Virus record (IMG/VR): IMGVR_UViG_3300031772_000050
Location: 1 to 51,429 of that record
Length of the DNA stretch: 51,429 bases
Origin: a virus
Taxonomy: Duplodnaviria; Caudoviricetes
Strand: one strand, 5' to 3'
A program made the translations under genes and the position numbers. Of the stretch, positions 9,418 through 19,695 are shown piece by piece (the first letter of the stretch is position 1; every line of letters begins with the position of its first letter). Under the pieces are notes generated by a model. That model saw nothing but the letters and a program-made list of their open reading frames with translations. It was not told the DNA's origin and did not search any database.

Positions 9418-9641
9418 GACATAACCTCCAGATAGTATGTCCTATCGGTTAATGAGGCATCATTTTTCGACAGAGAGTCTAATCCAACCGAATAATTAGA
9501 ACCAGCCCCTGATACAATTATGGCATCAACAAGGTGTGTTATACTTAACTCCATCTGAGCCGGAAGTTCAGGAGGCCCAGCATGCCCGTATATCACAGGC
9601 ATCTGAACATCCAATAATATTCTAAGACACGTTTTTGCCAT
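9414..9641 (-). CDS. Hypothetical protein
   Basis: Start re-assigned to MAKTCL after an AGGAGAAGGG SD. Confidence 0.5.
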   Translation of the reverse strand: MAKTCLRILLDVQMPVIYGHAGPPELPAQMELSITHLVDAIIVSGAGSNYSVGLDSLSKNDASLTDRTYYLEVMS

Positions 9642-9903
9642 CGCCCTTCTCCTTCTTGGGTTTAGTGCGTCCACCAAATAATTTACTACGTTGCTCGAGT
9701 CTTTCCATTATGGCCTCAGCTACCTCCATCTTCCCGTCAATAGTCCATAATGACCCGACTGTATACTCAGGTATTGGAAGTTGTTTTATCTTCAAATTCA
9801 CATCCAATAACATCTTTATATCATCATAAGTTATCAACTCTTGTTCTTTTGATTCCCTACTATACCCTATCGGTCCACGTTCTGTTTCTGGTTTCTTTCT
9901 CAT
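9622..9903 (-). CDS. Hypothetical protein
   Basis: 93 aa, AAAGGAGAGG SD. Confidence 0.55.
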   Translation of the reverse strand: MRKKPETERGPIGYSRESKEQELITYDDIKMLLDVNLKIKQLPIPEYTVGSLWTIDGKMEVAEAIMERLEQRSKLFGGRTKPKKEKGDGKNVS

Positions 9904-9916
9904 ACCTCTCCTTTAG

Positions 9917-9950
9917 AAAAGGGAGGGAGGGGGATACCCCTCCCCATATC
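9917..9950 (-). terminator. Rho-independent terminator after the capsid operon
   Basis: Minus strand GGGAGGGG-TATC-CCCCTCCC then TCCCTTTT, just after the stop at 9953. Confidence 0.65.
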
Positions 9951-9952
9951 CT

Positions 9953-10978
9953 TTAAGAGTTAACAACCTGTCCATATGGACCGGCGTTTGTCCCTTCGTA
10001 ATAATTACCTGGCATAAAGAACGTGTCCGAAGACTGTACCTCACTACCGTTCTCCGCAAATCCTGACGTTGCTGTAGCAAACCAATTATTTGCCAAAATA
10101 CCGCTACCAGCCGTCTGGTAAGGTGCCTGAAACATTATGAACCGTTTAATGCCACCACTGGAGTATGCGGGCAACCCATCACCAAATATGTTGCTGTAAA
10201 TCATATTCCCGTAACTACCCGCACTATTGATACCGATGACTATATGGGCATCTACGCTTGCGGGATTACCGGCAAAGATATTTCTACGGATAATGTTGTT
10301 TACAACATCACCGGATACAGCGTACATTGTAACACCGCCTAAACACTGATCGAATAAGTTATCTTCAACAATCAGGTTTTGTGCAGTACCAGCCCATATT
10401 GCTCCACTTACAGCACCAATTCCAGGTGAGTGTTTATCCTCACCGAATCTGCACCCACGAATAACATTGTTATAGCATCTTGATGGAGTAGAAGCATTCC
10501 TCTTTAGCATAATAATAGCCTGCGAGGAAGATGCCGTACCTCCATTACAAGTAAGGTGCATATTCGTAATCAGATTACCATTACTGTTAACAGTAATCAA
10601 AGAACCCGTAGCGGTTGATGGTCTCATCAGAACTCCGCCATAACCGTTCATTTGAGGTTCCCCAGCTCCTATCAAGGCTATACCAGACTTTGTATACGGA
10701 AGAACAACATCATCCGTATAATACTGGTATACACTCGTAGTCTGATTATTCCTTATACCAGCAGGTCTGATATAAATAGACGCACCGCCTGAACACGCAT
10801 CCAACGCCTCTGATGGTTTGGCCTTTGCCTTCTTCGGCTCCTTACCAGTATTACCTTGCGAACCCGTTATCGCATCTACAAAGAACATGTTGTCGGATTC
10901 AAACAAGTCCATCAACCTACCCGTTCCTCCCAAATTCGGAGTAGCTAACAAACCATGTGGTAGATGTGTTAAACTCAT
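9953..10978 (-). CDS. Parallel beta-helix (pectin-lyase-like) capsid-associated protein
   Basis: MSLTHLPHG start, FFVDAITGSQGNTGK motif and repeated IxxNxF beta-helix rungs, directly after the capsid gene. Confidence 0.7.
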   Translation of the reverse strand: MSLTHLPHGLLATPNLGGTGRLMDLFESDNMFFVDAITGSQGNTGKEPKKAKAKPSEALDACSGGASIYIRPAGIRNNQTTSVYQYYTDDVVLPYTKSGIALIGAGEPQMNGYGGVLMRPSTATGSLITVNSNGNLITNMHLTCNGGTASSSQAIIMLKRNASTPSRCYNNVIRGCRFGEDKHSPGIGAVSGAIWAGTAQNLIVEDNLFDQCLGGVTMYAVSGDVVNNIIRRNIFAGNPASVDAHIVIGINSAGSYGNMIYSNIFGDGLPAYSSGGIKRFIMFQAPYQTAGSGILANNWFATATSGFAENGSEVQSSDTFFMPGNYYEGTNAGPYGQVVNS

Positions 10979-11013
10979 ACAAACCTCCTTGTATTAGGAC
11001 AACCGCCCTGTAG

Positions 11014-11343
11014 TTAGATGAGTGTTAGTTTTCCCTCATGAGCCATGCGATGACAATTCGGACATAAGGTAAGGGTATTATCTTTTGAATAAGCCCCTCC
11101 TGCCCTTACTCTGTGCACATCGCAAGTAGCTTTACCCCATCCACAAACGGCGCATTTCGTATCTCGCAGTTCTCGTTTCGCATGAGTCCTACGATACCCG
11201 CCGCTCGGAGGGTAGTTATGCCTCTTACGATAGCAAGAGTAGCAATGAGGTCTGTACTTTCCGTCTTTCCTACCAGAAAGCATGGCCTTATTACTACATC
11301 CTTCTGTCTTGCATGTTGGTCTCACTTGTTCAACTATCTTCAT
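11014..11343 (-). CDS. Free-standing HNH endonuclease
   Basis: CAVCG...DVHRV..GG.YSKDNTLTLCPNCHRMAH motif with an N-terminal zinc finger. Confidence 0.85.
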   Translation of the reverse strand: MKIVEQVRPTCKTEGCSNKAMLSGRKDGKYRPHCYSCYRKRHNYPPSGGYRRTHAKRELRDTKCAVCGWGKATCDVHRVRAGGAYSKDNTLTLCPNCHRMAHEGKLTLI

Positions 11344-11450
11344 CTAAATTCCTTTTCGGAATGGTCATGCGGTGGTGTCGGAAATCGCATCCGACTTTAC
11401 CCACTCCATAAAACTAAGCCCTTCATTACCCCTAAGCCACAAAGAACTAC

Positions 11451-12341
11451 TTACGCGGGAACGTTTTCGAACCCGAAATGCCAATCATCCCAGCTGGTGC
11501 CGCACCTGTAGTAGCTGATATAACTCGCTACCAAGGTATTGCTATCCTTATCCTGGAACATCTGGATTGGTTCGCGGTTCCACCAAATCAAGTATTCCTT
11601 CATCATGGCATAGTCTACCATCCACCAATTTTCGGCGTCTGTCAGCCTATCCCAAACCATGAGCTTATACTTGCCCTGATGGAAGTTGACGTTATTATCC
11701 GCGGTGTCAACCTTTCCCTTCGAATTGATTATCTCAAAACCCGTTTCCTCAAGGAAGCGAGGTATGATGATTGAATCCGGGTTTACCGAGATTTGTTCTC
11801 CTATGTCGCCATAGAAGTCGTACATCGCCAGCCGGGTCGTCTCTACGTTCGTCGCACCAAGAGTAAGCGTACTCTCGTTTGACTGCGTAGCTACGCCGGT
11901 GACGTTTGACGGATGGTCTGAGGCAAACAGCTCGCAACCATCTCCATCCGAAGGTTCATAGGTCGTGCCGAGAATAAATACGTTGGCACCCTGCTTCTCC
12001 CTCGAACGATTTGCCGAAGTAGCTAAACCTGTCGGGAAACGATTTACGACACGGTTCTGGTCATCGCTCGCCAGCTTGTGCTGTATCATAATCTTCGCAG
12101 CATACTCTGTGAACGTAATGACCTTGTCGTAGCCCTGGCTTCTCTCTACTTCGCCTACTTTTCCAGTAAATTCCTGGTGGTCCGGTACCTGTCCAACGGA
12201 CGAGGATTTTTCAAAGGCCTTATCTGAGGTAAGGACATTGAATATATCCGGAACCATCGCAGGAAGCTTCTTATACTGGTCGATATAGATTACTCGAAAG
12301 TCCGTCTCGAGTAGATCCGGCCAATTAGCAGCTAAATGCAT
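11451..12341 (-). CDS. Major capsid protein (Mu gpT-like HK97 fold)
   Basis: TSDKAFEK, DGxELFASDHP, PDSIIIP, NNVN and RLTDAENWW motifs, strong GGAGG SD, position after scaffold. Confidence 0.9.
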   Translation of the reverse strand: MHLAANWPDLLETDFRVIYIDQYKKLPAMVPDIFNVLTSDKAFEKSSSVGQVPDHQEFTGKVGEVERSQGYDKVITFTEYAAKIMIQHKLASDDQNRVVNRFPTGLATSANRSREKQGANVFILGTTYEPSDGDGCELFASDHPSNVTGVATQSNESTLTLGATNVETTRLAMYDFYGDIGEQISVNPDSIIIPRFLEETGFEIINSKGKVDTADNNVNFHQGKYKLMVWDRLTDAENWWMVDYAMMKEYLIWWNREPIQMFQDKDSNTLVASYISYYRCGTSWDDWHFGFENVPA

Positions 12342-12357
12342 GGTTTCAATCCTCCGT

Positions 12358-13170
12358 TTATGCTACTACCCGACTCCAGGTATGACACAACTGGACAATC
12401 TCTGCTTCAAAGGTGGCTAACTTTCCACCCAAACCCTCTAACCCTTTGTCATTCCAATACCTCAACGCATGCGTAGGCGCGCTTTCCCATCTTCCCCAAT
12501 TCTCTATAACCTCAAGGAAAACAGTAGTAGCAACTGCTATGATTGTATTCATACCAGTCGCCGTCGTATTAAGCGGACAGAACCTATGACCAATAGGCAA
12601 TATCTTGATAAAGTCTGTAGACGTATCAACGGTTACGGCACTATCAATCGTGGTCGTACCAGATGTAGAAACCGTAAGATAGCGTAACTTACCTTTATAG
12701 GTAGCCGCACTATCCGTTCCCTCTGTGGTATAAAGCCACGCGCCTTCTATATCATCTTCCAAGGCCGTAATTACCCAAGTCGTGGAAGCTGCTACAGCCG
12801 TTGTACAGCTCTTAGCAAGAGTCTGGTCATAATACGCAAAGTATGTTGCATCAGGGTTCACGATCGCCGGCAACCAGTTAAAACCAGTGGTTGCTACCCT
12901 ACTGTTGCAAAGAGTGGACGAAAAATTATACAACTTAGCATTTTCCTTAGATGCGTATGCATCCGCAGAATTTGCCTGAAGAATACCAATCGTATCTTCA
13001 GCTTCCGTCGCACTCGTAGAGACATAAGCATTTATATACTGCTTATACTCTTGATCGTGAAAGTTGGCATGTCGCATTACCAACTGACCCTTATACATCA
13101 CGCCCGTATCGTATACTGGGATATTGCAGACATAGGGAACATTTCCGCCTAAAAGTCTTGCAAGTTGCAT
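12358..13170 (-). CDS. Capsid decoration/stabilising protein
   Basis: 270 aa directly upstream of the capsid gene, with YKGQLV, IGIL and NPDAxY pattern. Confidence 0.55.
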   Translation of the reverse strand: MQLARLLGGNVPYVCNIPVYDTGVMYKGQLVMRHANFHDQEYKQYINAYVSTSATEAEDTIGILQANSADAYASKENAKLYNFSSTLCNSRVATTGFNWLPAIVNPDATYFAYYDQTLAKSCTTAVAASTTWVITALEDDIEGAWLYTTEGTDSAATYKGKLRYLTVSTSGTTTIDSAVTVDTSTDFIKILPIGHRFCPLNTTATGMNTIIAVATTVFLEVIENWGRWESAPTHALRYWNDKGLEGLGGKLATFEAEIVQLCHTWSRVVA

Positions 13171-13275
13171 ATTTTCTCCTATGTATACTACACTGTTTAC
13201 TTACTACTCACTGACCTTTGAATATTGTCTGCTCTTGCCAGAGCAAAACAAATTCCCTATTCACTACACCATTGC

Positions 13276-13593
13276 CTATTCGGCCCACCTGAAGGACCCG
13301 CACGCAGGGCATCCTCCAGTTATTTCCGGGACGTAATAATAGTCAGTTACCGACTTTCTACTACCACTCCCTACTGTATACGCAGAGGCAGTCTGTTGAG
13401 ACCCGTAATCTACACCCTTCTCAGCAAAACTACCCTCCTTAATACGCTTATCCCTATCGGGGTCACATATAAAGCCACAGAACTTACATCTCTTAAGCCG
13501 AGACTCATCTCCCTTTATGCCGTATTTATCCTTTACGTCTTTAGCCCGTAGAGGCGACCCTGTATGAGACGTAGGATAGAGAGACCTGAACAT
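13276..13593 (-). CDS. Zinc-ribbon protein
   Basis: CKFCG and GCPACGS motifs. Confidence 0.65.
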   Translation of the reverse strand: MFRSLYPTSHTGSPLRAKDVKDKYGIKGDESRLKRCKFCGFICDPDRDKRIKEGSFAEKGVDYGSQQTASAYTVGSGSRKSVTDYYYVPEITGGCPACGSFRWAE

Positions 13594-13717
13594 TATTCAA
13601 CCTGCTCCCTTACGTTACGAATTAACTCCATCAAGCAAATACCCTTAATGTCCTTGCGTCTAAACCACACTACCTCACCCTTCTTCGTATAAACACCAAC
13701 CTCCCGATATTTCTTCA

Positions 13718-14593
13718 TTAGAACCCTCCCCGACCGTAGGCAACATCCTTGTTATCACGGATAGCGCAGTAAGTCGCCAAGTCTTTGACCTTACCGCTTG
13801 CGACCGCGCGCTCGGCTGCCGCCCTCTCCGAATCGCTATTGAACTTTACATCGCCTACCGGCTTCTTATCTGGCGCAGGTGAACCGCCGTCCGCTACTCT
13901 ACCCGCCTTAATATCCGCCTGTCTCTGCTTTTCCTTTGTATCCTTCTCCTGCTCTATTTTCTCCTTCAAAGCACCCTCCTCCTGACCTTGTAGGCGCTTT
14001 TCCATGAGCGCCATCACCATCTCCGGACCATCCGCTATCTCAAGGATTCTTGAATCCTTATTTGCGATATCTTGAAAAACCTTTGCCTTCTCACTTTCAG
14101 GATTAAAGACGATACCATGTTCGTTAAAGATAAACTTACCGTCCTTATCCTTCATAAACATATCAGGATGCTTTTCCCTCAACCTCTCGGCTGACTTCTT
14201 CTGGGCACTCTCAAAGGTTATTACGTTATCCTGAAATCTACGCCGTAAGTCCGTTCCGTAGGTAGGATACTGCGCTATAAGGTCATCCCACTCCTCTTCG
14301 GACTGAGGATAGTTTTCCTCACTATAGACATCCCTTAGGGTCTGCGTTCCTTTCGGCTTACCGCTTGTTTCAAGCGCGGCAACCCTTGTTACCAACCCCA
14401 CCTTCTCCTGTTCGGAACGAGACAGTTTCTCTTCCGTTTCCTTCAACTTCTTATAGATTGCGTCTATAGCCTCTTGGGTAACAGGCTTCCCTACCTTGCC
14501 TGCGTCAGCCTTGGCCTGTGCCTCAGCCTGCGCCTGCATCTCCTTGTCTTTTACTTCCTTTTCCTGCTGTGCCTTTAATTCTTCTTCCGTCAT
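13718..14593 (-). CDS. Capsid scaffolding protein
   Basis: 291 aa, highly charged and helical, between portal and capsid genes. Confidence 0.7.
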   Translation of the reverse strand: MTEEELKAQQEKEVKDKEMQAQAEAQAKADAGKVGKPVTQEAIDAIYKKLKETEEKLSRSEQEKVGLVTRVAALETSGKPKGTQTLRDVYSEENYPQSEEEWDDLIAQYPTYGTDLRRRFQDNVITFESAQKKSAERLREKHPDMFMKDKDGKFIFNEHGIVFNPESEKAKVFQDIANKDSRILEIADGPEMVMALMEKRLQGQEEGALKEKIEQEKDTKEKQRQADIKAGRVADGGSPAPDKKPVGDVKFNSDSERAAAERAVASGKVKDLATYCAIRDNKDVAYGRGGF

Positions 14594-14617
14594 TTCTTTC
14601 TCCTTTACCTTTGCGAG

Positions 14618-14881
14618 CTACTCATTTGCCCAAACGTCTATTAGCTCGCCCTTAAATAGACGCTTGAGAATATCCAACTGCCCCTGATAATAGCGGGCAT
14701 CATAAAAGTTATTGGCCCGGAGGCTGCTGTCCCTGTTCCGCTCCAGGTCCACCGACAGGCACTCCCCCTGTAGGTGTACTTCGAGGCCCGGCTGACCCCA
14801 TATTTTGTCCATAAGGTAAGCCCATGCCTGGTGCGTTACCAGCTCCTTCAATACCCTGCCCTTGCCCTGCGATATTGGCAT
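14618..14881 (-). CDS. Small protein following the portal
   Basis: Start MPISQ after TGGA. LxELxxHxAW..YYQG pattern typical of this position. Confidence 0.55.
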   Translation of the reverse strand: MPISQGKGRVLKELVTHQAWAYLMDKIWGQPGLEVHLQGECLSVDLERNRDSSLRANNFYDARYYQGQLDILKRLFKGELIDVWANE

Positions 14882-16961
14882 ATTGTTCCATACCTCTCTG
14901 TATGTTCTCCATATATGTTGCCTGAAGTTTCCGCATATAATCATTAAACACGACATTGGCTTCCGGCGTAAGCTGTCTGGTCTTACGAAGCTCTTTAAGT
15001 CGTGGTATAAGGGTAGTCGGATCGCCTAACGGTATATTCACCATCTCTTGCTCAATCATGGTAAAGATACCCTCGGCATCCTCTACGCTTGTCTCTGTCT
15101 GCGGTCGAGGCCCTATGTACTTCTCTACAGGTATTCTCCGCATAGCCTTCAGGTAGTCTGCCCTGATTTCCCACATAAAGGCGGGATTCTGCTGAACAAG
15201 TGGGTCGAAGGCCATAGTCTGGAACATCGCCATAGCAAACTGCCTCTCCGCGTCCATATCCATCGCGGTAAGGTCGAGTTGCATCTTGGCCTCATAGCTA
15301 CCAAGCATATACTCTGGAGACGGCCACTTGTGCATGTTCTCCTTGCCAAGTATCCGAGACCACATGTCCGGAGGCATATTCTCCTCATACTGTTGCCTTA
15401 CATCCGTCAGTATGGCGCAGATAATCCCCTGTACACGCGCCCCTATCAGACCAAACTTCTGTTCTCCTTGGGATATAACCGCAAGCGTACCCCTGGCTGT
15501 CGGTCGGGAAGCCGTCTCCCTACCCATCATGGCTGGAGTAAGGTAAGTAAGGCGTTCTATCAACTCCATCACAAGTTTTTCCTCTTGGAAACTCACCTGT
15601 AGACCATTGGAGGGGAATGTCGGGAACCTCACATCCCTGTCCGGGTCATCCAAAGGAATACCTGTAGCCGGCGCCGCTATAATCCTACGGGCAGGTGTTC
15701 CACTTGCCGACCTATAGAAGAAGAATGGCGCTATGAGCATGTTACCGGCATCTATTCTCTGATTGTGGATGGCATCCAGCTCATCATGGAGATGTCTGAC
15801 AAGTTCGGGTACTGACTTCCCATACGCGCGCCCGGGTCTGCGCAGGAAGGGTCTTATTACCCAAGACGACCGCCCTATCCTCGATACGGCGTGCATAGGT
15901 TTCCCTGACATGTAGAGCTTAAGGTCTTCACATATCAAAAAGACGCACTTCTCACGAATACCATCGTTGTTAATATCGTAGAGTATCTCCGCCTCAAGGC
16001 ACTTTAGCTTGTGATTCTCCTGCCTTATGTCCATCGGCGGTACAGTTCCTTCCGCCTCCATGCGTTGTTTCTGCGTACCCTTAAACTCTTCGGTCTGGCT
16101 TAACCCTGCCTTGATTATCCCTGATGTCTCACCTTGCTTACCCAAGTCAACACCCGGGCTTAAAGCACCGTGATACTGTAATTCACGAAGTTGCGGTAGG
16201 GTATACCACCGTTCGTCTATGATGTATTCGGCATGGTCTTCCCATCTCTTCTCAAAGGTATTGGCATCGTAGGGGATATAGACGTGCTCTAAGGGTCTAA
16301 TTTCAAGGTAACACCGTTCCCTACGGATATAGTCCCGTACAACCCTAAACTTCGGCTTAATGCTCAGGTTGCCATCGTCCGTAGCATAGTATTCCAGACC
16401 ATCGGGTATCTTTCTCGTTACCCACACCCAGTAGGTCTTCCATATCTTCTTAACAGCTATCGTGCCGTCTACCACCAAACAATGTACTATATCGTCAACC
16501 GTGCCGTCTATTTCCATATCAGTAGAGGTAACCCACGACATGACTACCTTATTAGCGGAAGCGGTCTCTATATCATGCTCTTCCGTACCTTCCCAATATA
16601 AGGACTTCGCATTCCAAGCCATAGGATAGAGTTTAGCATGAAGAAGGTCGCAGGCCACGGTTGTTACCATAGTGGAAATATTGGAGTGACCAGGCCACGG
16701 TATATCACTCGCTTCCTTCAAGCCTTCATACTGCTTTATGCACTTCTCCCTGATAGCCATAAAGCCACCGCGCGCCTGTTCTGACTCATCACGCATGGCA
16801 ATAATAGCCTCTACGATAGCCTTCTTCTTATCGTCACTAAGGTCAAACTGTTTAGAGAGGTTCTCTTGCTTCTCTTCCTTTTCCTTCTCTACCGCTTCCT
16901 TCGGCTTATCGAAGAACTCCCCGACCTTCTTGGTTATCTTTCCTACTATACCTTCTGGCAT
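14709..16961 (-). CDS. Portal protein
   Basis: 750 aa with PWPGHSN, DINNDGIREK, YGKSVPE, NQRIDAG and TARG motifs and a Gly/Pro/Gln tail, downstream of TerL. Confidence 0.9.
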   Translation of the reverse strand: MPEGIVGKITKKVGEFFDKPKEAVEKEKEEKQENLSKQFDLSDDKKKAIVEAIIAMRDESEQARGGFMAIREKCIKQYEGLKEASDIPWPGHSNISTMVTTVACDLLHAKLYPMAWNAKSLYWEGTEEHDIETASANKVVMSWVTSTDMEIDGTVDDIVHCLVVDGTIAVKKIWKTYWVWVTRKIPDGLEYYATDDGNLSIKPKFRVVRDYIRRERCYLEIRPLEHVYIPYDANTFEKRWEDHAEYIIDERWYTLPQLRELQYHGALSPGVDLGKQGETSGIIKAGLSQTEEFKGTQKQRMEAEGTVPPMDIRQENHKLKCLEAEILYDINNDGIREKCVFLICEDLKLYMSGKPMHAVSRIGRSSWVIRPFLRRPGRAYGKSVPELVRHLHDELDAIHNQRIDAGNMLIAPFFFYRSASGTPARRIIAAPATGIPLDDPDRDVRFPTFPSNGLQVSFQEEKLVMELIERLTYLTPAMMGRETASRPTARGTLAVISQGEQKFGLIGARVQGIICAILTDVRQQYEENMPPDMWSRILGKENMHKWPSPEYMLGSYEAKMQLDLTAMDMDAERQFAMAMFQTMAFDPLVQQNPAFMWEIRADYLKAMRRIPVEKYIGPRPQTETSVEDAEGIFTMIEQEMVNIPLGDPTTLIPRLKELRKTRQLTPEANVVFNDYMRKLQATYMENIQRGMEQYANIAGQGQGIEGAGNAPGMGLPYGQNMGSAGPRSTPTGGVPVGGPGAEQGQQPPGQ

Positions 16962-17137
16962 TAGTAAAGTCCTTTCGCCTTGTTACGCTCACGTTCCATA
17001 ATGTGCCGTCTTAACACGGTTTTGGACATACCAGTTCTGCCCTTCTTGCCTTTCTTCTTCCTACTGTATTCCGCCTTAAAGAAACGTTCCTGTTTACCAG
17101 AAACTATCGGTGTATGCTTCTTTCCATGACAAGGCAT
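16961..17137 (-). CDS. Small basic protein
   Basis: MPCHGKKHTPIVSGKQERFF..., GGAGG SD, TAATG coupling to the portal. Confidence 0.55.
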   Translation of the reverse strand: MPCHGKKHTPIVSGKQERFFKAEYSRKKKGKKGRTGMSKTVLRRHIMERERNKAKGLY

Positions 17138-17337
17138 CTTCTTTCCCTCCTGTTTATTCTGGTCAAACCACGGACTCTGATGTGTCGCTGTCCCCGGCCC
17201 CGGACTCATGATAGCCTCCCTTTAATGTGCAGAGACCCCTTTCATGCCAATGACAGGTCTCCATAACGACATAGTTGATACGGTTCTTCTTACCCTGAAT
17301 ATTCTTTACGCAACACTGCGCTGTGCAACCCCCGAAT

Positions 17338-17565
17338 TTAATCTCCACGTCTATAGTTTCTCCTGAACCTTTGAACGGGGTTACCCTGTACTCTACGCAA
17401 ATCTTCGTTCTGCATCCGATTGACCTTAAGATTCTGCTTTGCAGGCATATTAAGAGACCTTGGTTGTAGTGGAGTTCCACCCTTCAATATCGTCATAGGC
17501 ATATCCACAAAAACCTTCTTTAACTTATCTGGGTCAAACAAACCACTGTGCCATCTATTCGACAT
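17338..17565 (-). CDS. Hypothetical protein
   Basis: MSNRWHSG start after AGGAGG SD. Confidence 0.5.
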   Translation of the reverse strand: MSNRWHSGLFDPDKLKKVFVDMPMTILKGGTPLQPRSLNMPAKQNLKVNRMQNEDLRRVQGNPVQRFRRNYRRGD

Positions 17566-17566
17566 T

Positions 17567-19207
17567 TTATCCTCCTGTATACATAGAACCATGTCCGGCA
17601 ATCACTTCCGCCGGCTCGCCTGTCCACTGTAGTAGGGCAAGATAGTGCAGTAAGTCCGGAAAGTCCGTATTAAGATCCTTCGGCTGTTCTTTAGGGTCTT
17701 TGTCCGTAATAAACTTCCGAGTGTCCCAGACGTAATGCTCTACCTGATAGATACAGTTTACAAGGTCGTTCGCTACCTGCAATATCGGCCTGTTGATAAG
17801 GGAGATAGGTTGTGTGGTATCGTACCACATCAACTCCTCGACCTTCTTCCGGCCGCGCTCTTTATGGTCGTCCCCAAACCTGAATTGCATAGGGTAACCA
17901 AGGTCTCTACTCGCCTCTTCAAAGTCGTCTCTTACCGTACGTTTATTGTTTCCTTGTGTCTTAGGACCGAAGTTCGGGTCCATTATCCGCAGGTCTACCT
18001 TCTCCCGGGCCTCTACCTCCACCTCCATAATATGCTTACAGACCTGCTTAAAGGTACAGTTCTTAAGCCATGCCTCACGGTATATGAACCACCGCTTATA
18101 ATCAGGCTCCATAGCCGCCCATATCAAGGCGTGAGGCTTCTCGTCATGGGGATCTATCAACTGTACCCTCTTCCAATGGCGAGGGGGTTGCCCGGCATAC
18201 ATCGAATTGACGTTAGTCCAGATATTCCTATCAAAGCCGTGAATATTCCTATCCCATATCTTCCAGATACGGCCTGTCAGGTACTTAAACTTCCCATGAA
18301 TACGAGCGTCAAACTCCCCAGCGTCCTTAATTGACCGCTCATACCGTCTTATAGCCTCCTCTGTAAGGCCTATATGCCCCCCTGTTAAGGGATTCGGCCT
18401 TAGGCTATTATGACGTATATCCATAGTGAAGCACTCTACATCCGCGTCTTTTGAGGCATATATCTCATCATAGAGATACGGTTCTGATACAGGCGTAGCA
18501 GTGAACATTTCCCATCCGAAGTAGTCTGTAAGGCCTCTGAGAGTAGCTATACGGTGGGCTTGAGGGGGACATTCATCGTAACAAGCAAGGTGGCCAGACC
18601 ATCCTTCTGCCAGAGTAGGAGACTGTTCGTATGTCATAACGTCCATAGAGGACAGTTTACCGCTTTCGTGCTTAATCCAGTACTTATCATAGACCCCAGC
18701 GTTGTTCTTTTCCCTATCTTTGATACAACCTTCAGGAAACCACTCAGCTATCTTCGGTTCAACGACCTCGCCAACACCCTTCTTGAAGTCTGTAGTAAAG
18801 AAACGCGCCCTTATGGCTGTCGGCCACCGCTTTGTCTTCGGCCACCAGTCAGGATACTGCCCTGTAAGGTGAATAGCGACCTCTACGACCGCGGGAGTAG
18901 TCTTGCCGGAACGGTTGCCACCAAAAAGACCTCTTGTCGTAGCTAAACTGGTATGAAAGGCGAACTGGGGACAGCCCTCTATGGTATATTCCGTGCCATA
19001 GTAGTCTTTATAGGCGTGCTTTACCTTCCTGCATGAGTGACCGTCACACCCTAAAGCGTGCGGCCAGTAATACTCAAGAGGGTTTTTCTTCTGTCGAGCC
19101 TTTAGTTCCCTGTCTATCTGTACCTTTTTCTGTAGAAGGGTTCTCTCCTCGCCTAACAATAAGGAGCTTTGACTCAACAATACCGCGTTCCCTAAGGAGT
19201 TCGGCAT
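17567..19207 (-). CDS. Terminase large subunit
   Basis: Q motif PQFAFH, Walker A GGNRSGKT, Walker B ACYDE, coupling motif TATP, ARIHGKF, nuclease IDPH and DFPDLLHY. Confidence 0.95.
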   Translation of the reverse strand: MPNSLGNAVLLSQSSLLLGEERTLLQKKVQIDRELKARQKKNPLEYYWPHALGCDGHSCRKVKHAYKDYYGTEYTIEGCPQFAFHTSLATTRGLFGGNRSGKTTPAVVEVAIHLTGQYPDWWPKTKRWPTAIRARFFTTDFKKGVGEVVEPKIAEWFPEGCIKDREKNNAGVYDKYWIKHESGKLSSMDVMTYEQSPTLAEGWSGHLACYDECPPQAHRIATLRGLTDYFGWEMFTATPVSEPYLYDEIYASKDADVECFTMDIRHNSLRPNPLTGGHIGLTEEAIRRYERSIKDAGEFDARIHGKFKYLTGRIWKIWDRNIHGFDRNIWTNVNSMYAGQPPRHWKRVQLIDPHDEKPHALIWAAMEPDYKRWFIYREAWLKNCTFKQVCKHIMEVEVEAREKVDLRIMDPNFGPKTQGNNKRTVRDDFEEASRDLGYPMQFRFGDDHKERGRKKVEELMWYDTTQPISLINRPILQVANDLVNCIYQVEHYVWDTRKFITDKDPKEQPKDLNTDFPDLLHYLALLQWTGEPAEVIAGHGSMYTGG

Positions 19208-19685
19208 CCGACACCTCTGAATAGGGTCCTATTCTCTGAAACAAGGCAATAAGGTCTGGCCGGCGCTCTACTTCCTCACGACCAGCTATTTCTATATCAA
19301 TCAGCCTCTTACTGAGGTTGAGGTACTTGTTTATCCTCTTGTCGGGGATGCCTTCTTTACCGCATATACGGTTTATAGTGGCTATAATACGGATTCTTTC
19401 CCTATTGAGGTCTTCAAGGCGGACTGTCTTATGGAATATCCCTATGGCTTCAGGGTCGGAGAGGTACTTCTGTCTCCACTTTAATACGAGATGATGGGTA
19501 GTCTCACTATGCAGGAAGTTCCATACTGTCTGGTGGGTAACGGGAATACCGGCATCCGTGACTTTCTGGGCTATCTGGTAGGTATTATAACCTTGGGTAT
19601 CAAGTTTACAGACTAACTCCTGTGCAAACTCGCTACCTGTAATCTTACCGGTTGTAGGCTTTGGGGCACCCTTGGTATATGCCAT
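19074..19685 (-). CDS. Terminase small subunit (HTH)
   Basis: QGYNTYQIAQKV..GIPVTHQTVWNFL helix-turn-helix, immediately upstream of TerL. Confidence 0.7.
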   Translation of the reverse strand: MAYTKGAPKPTTGKITGSEFAQELVCKLDTQGYNTYQIAQKVTDAGIPVTHQTVWNFLHSETTHHLVLKWRQKYLSDPEAIGIFHKTVRLEDLNRERIRIIATINRICGKEGIPDKRINKYLNLSKRLIDIEIAGREEVERRPDLIALFQRIGPYSEVSDAELLRERGIVESKLLIVRRGENPSTEKGTDRQGTKGSTEEKPS

Positions 19686-19695
19686 CTTACCATAG

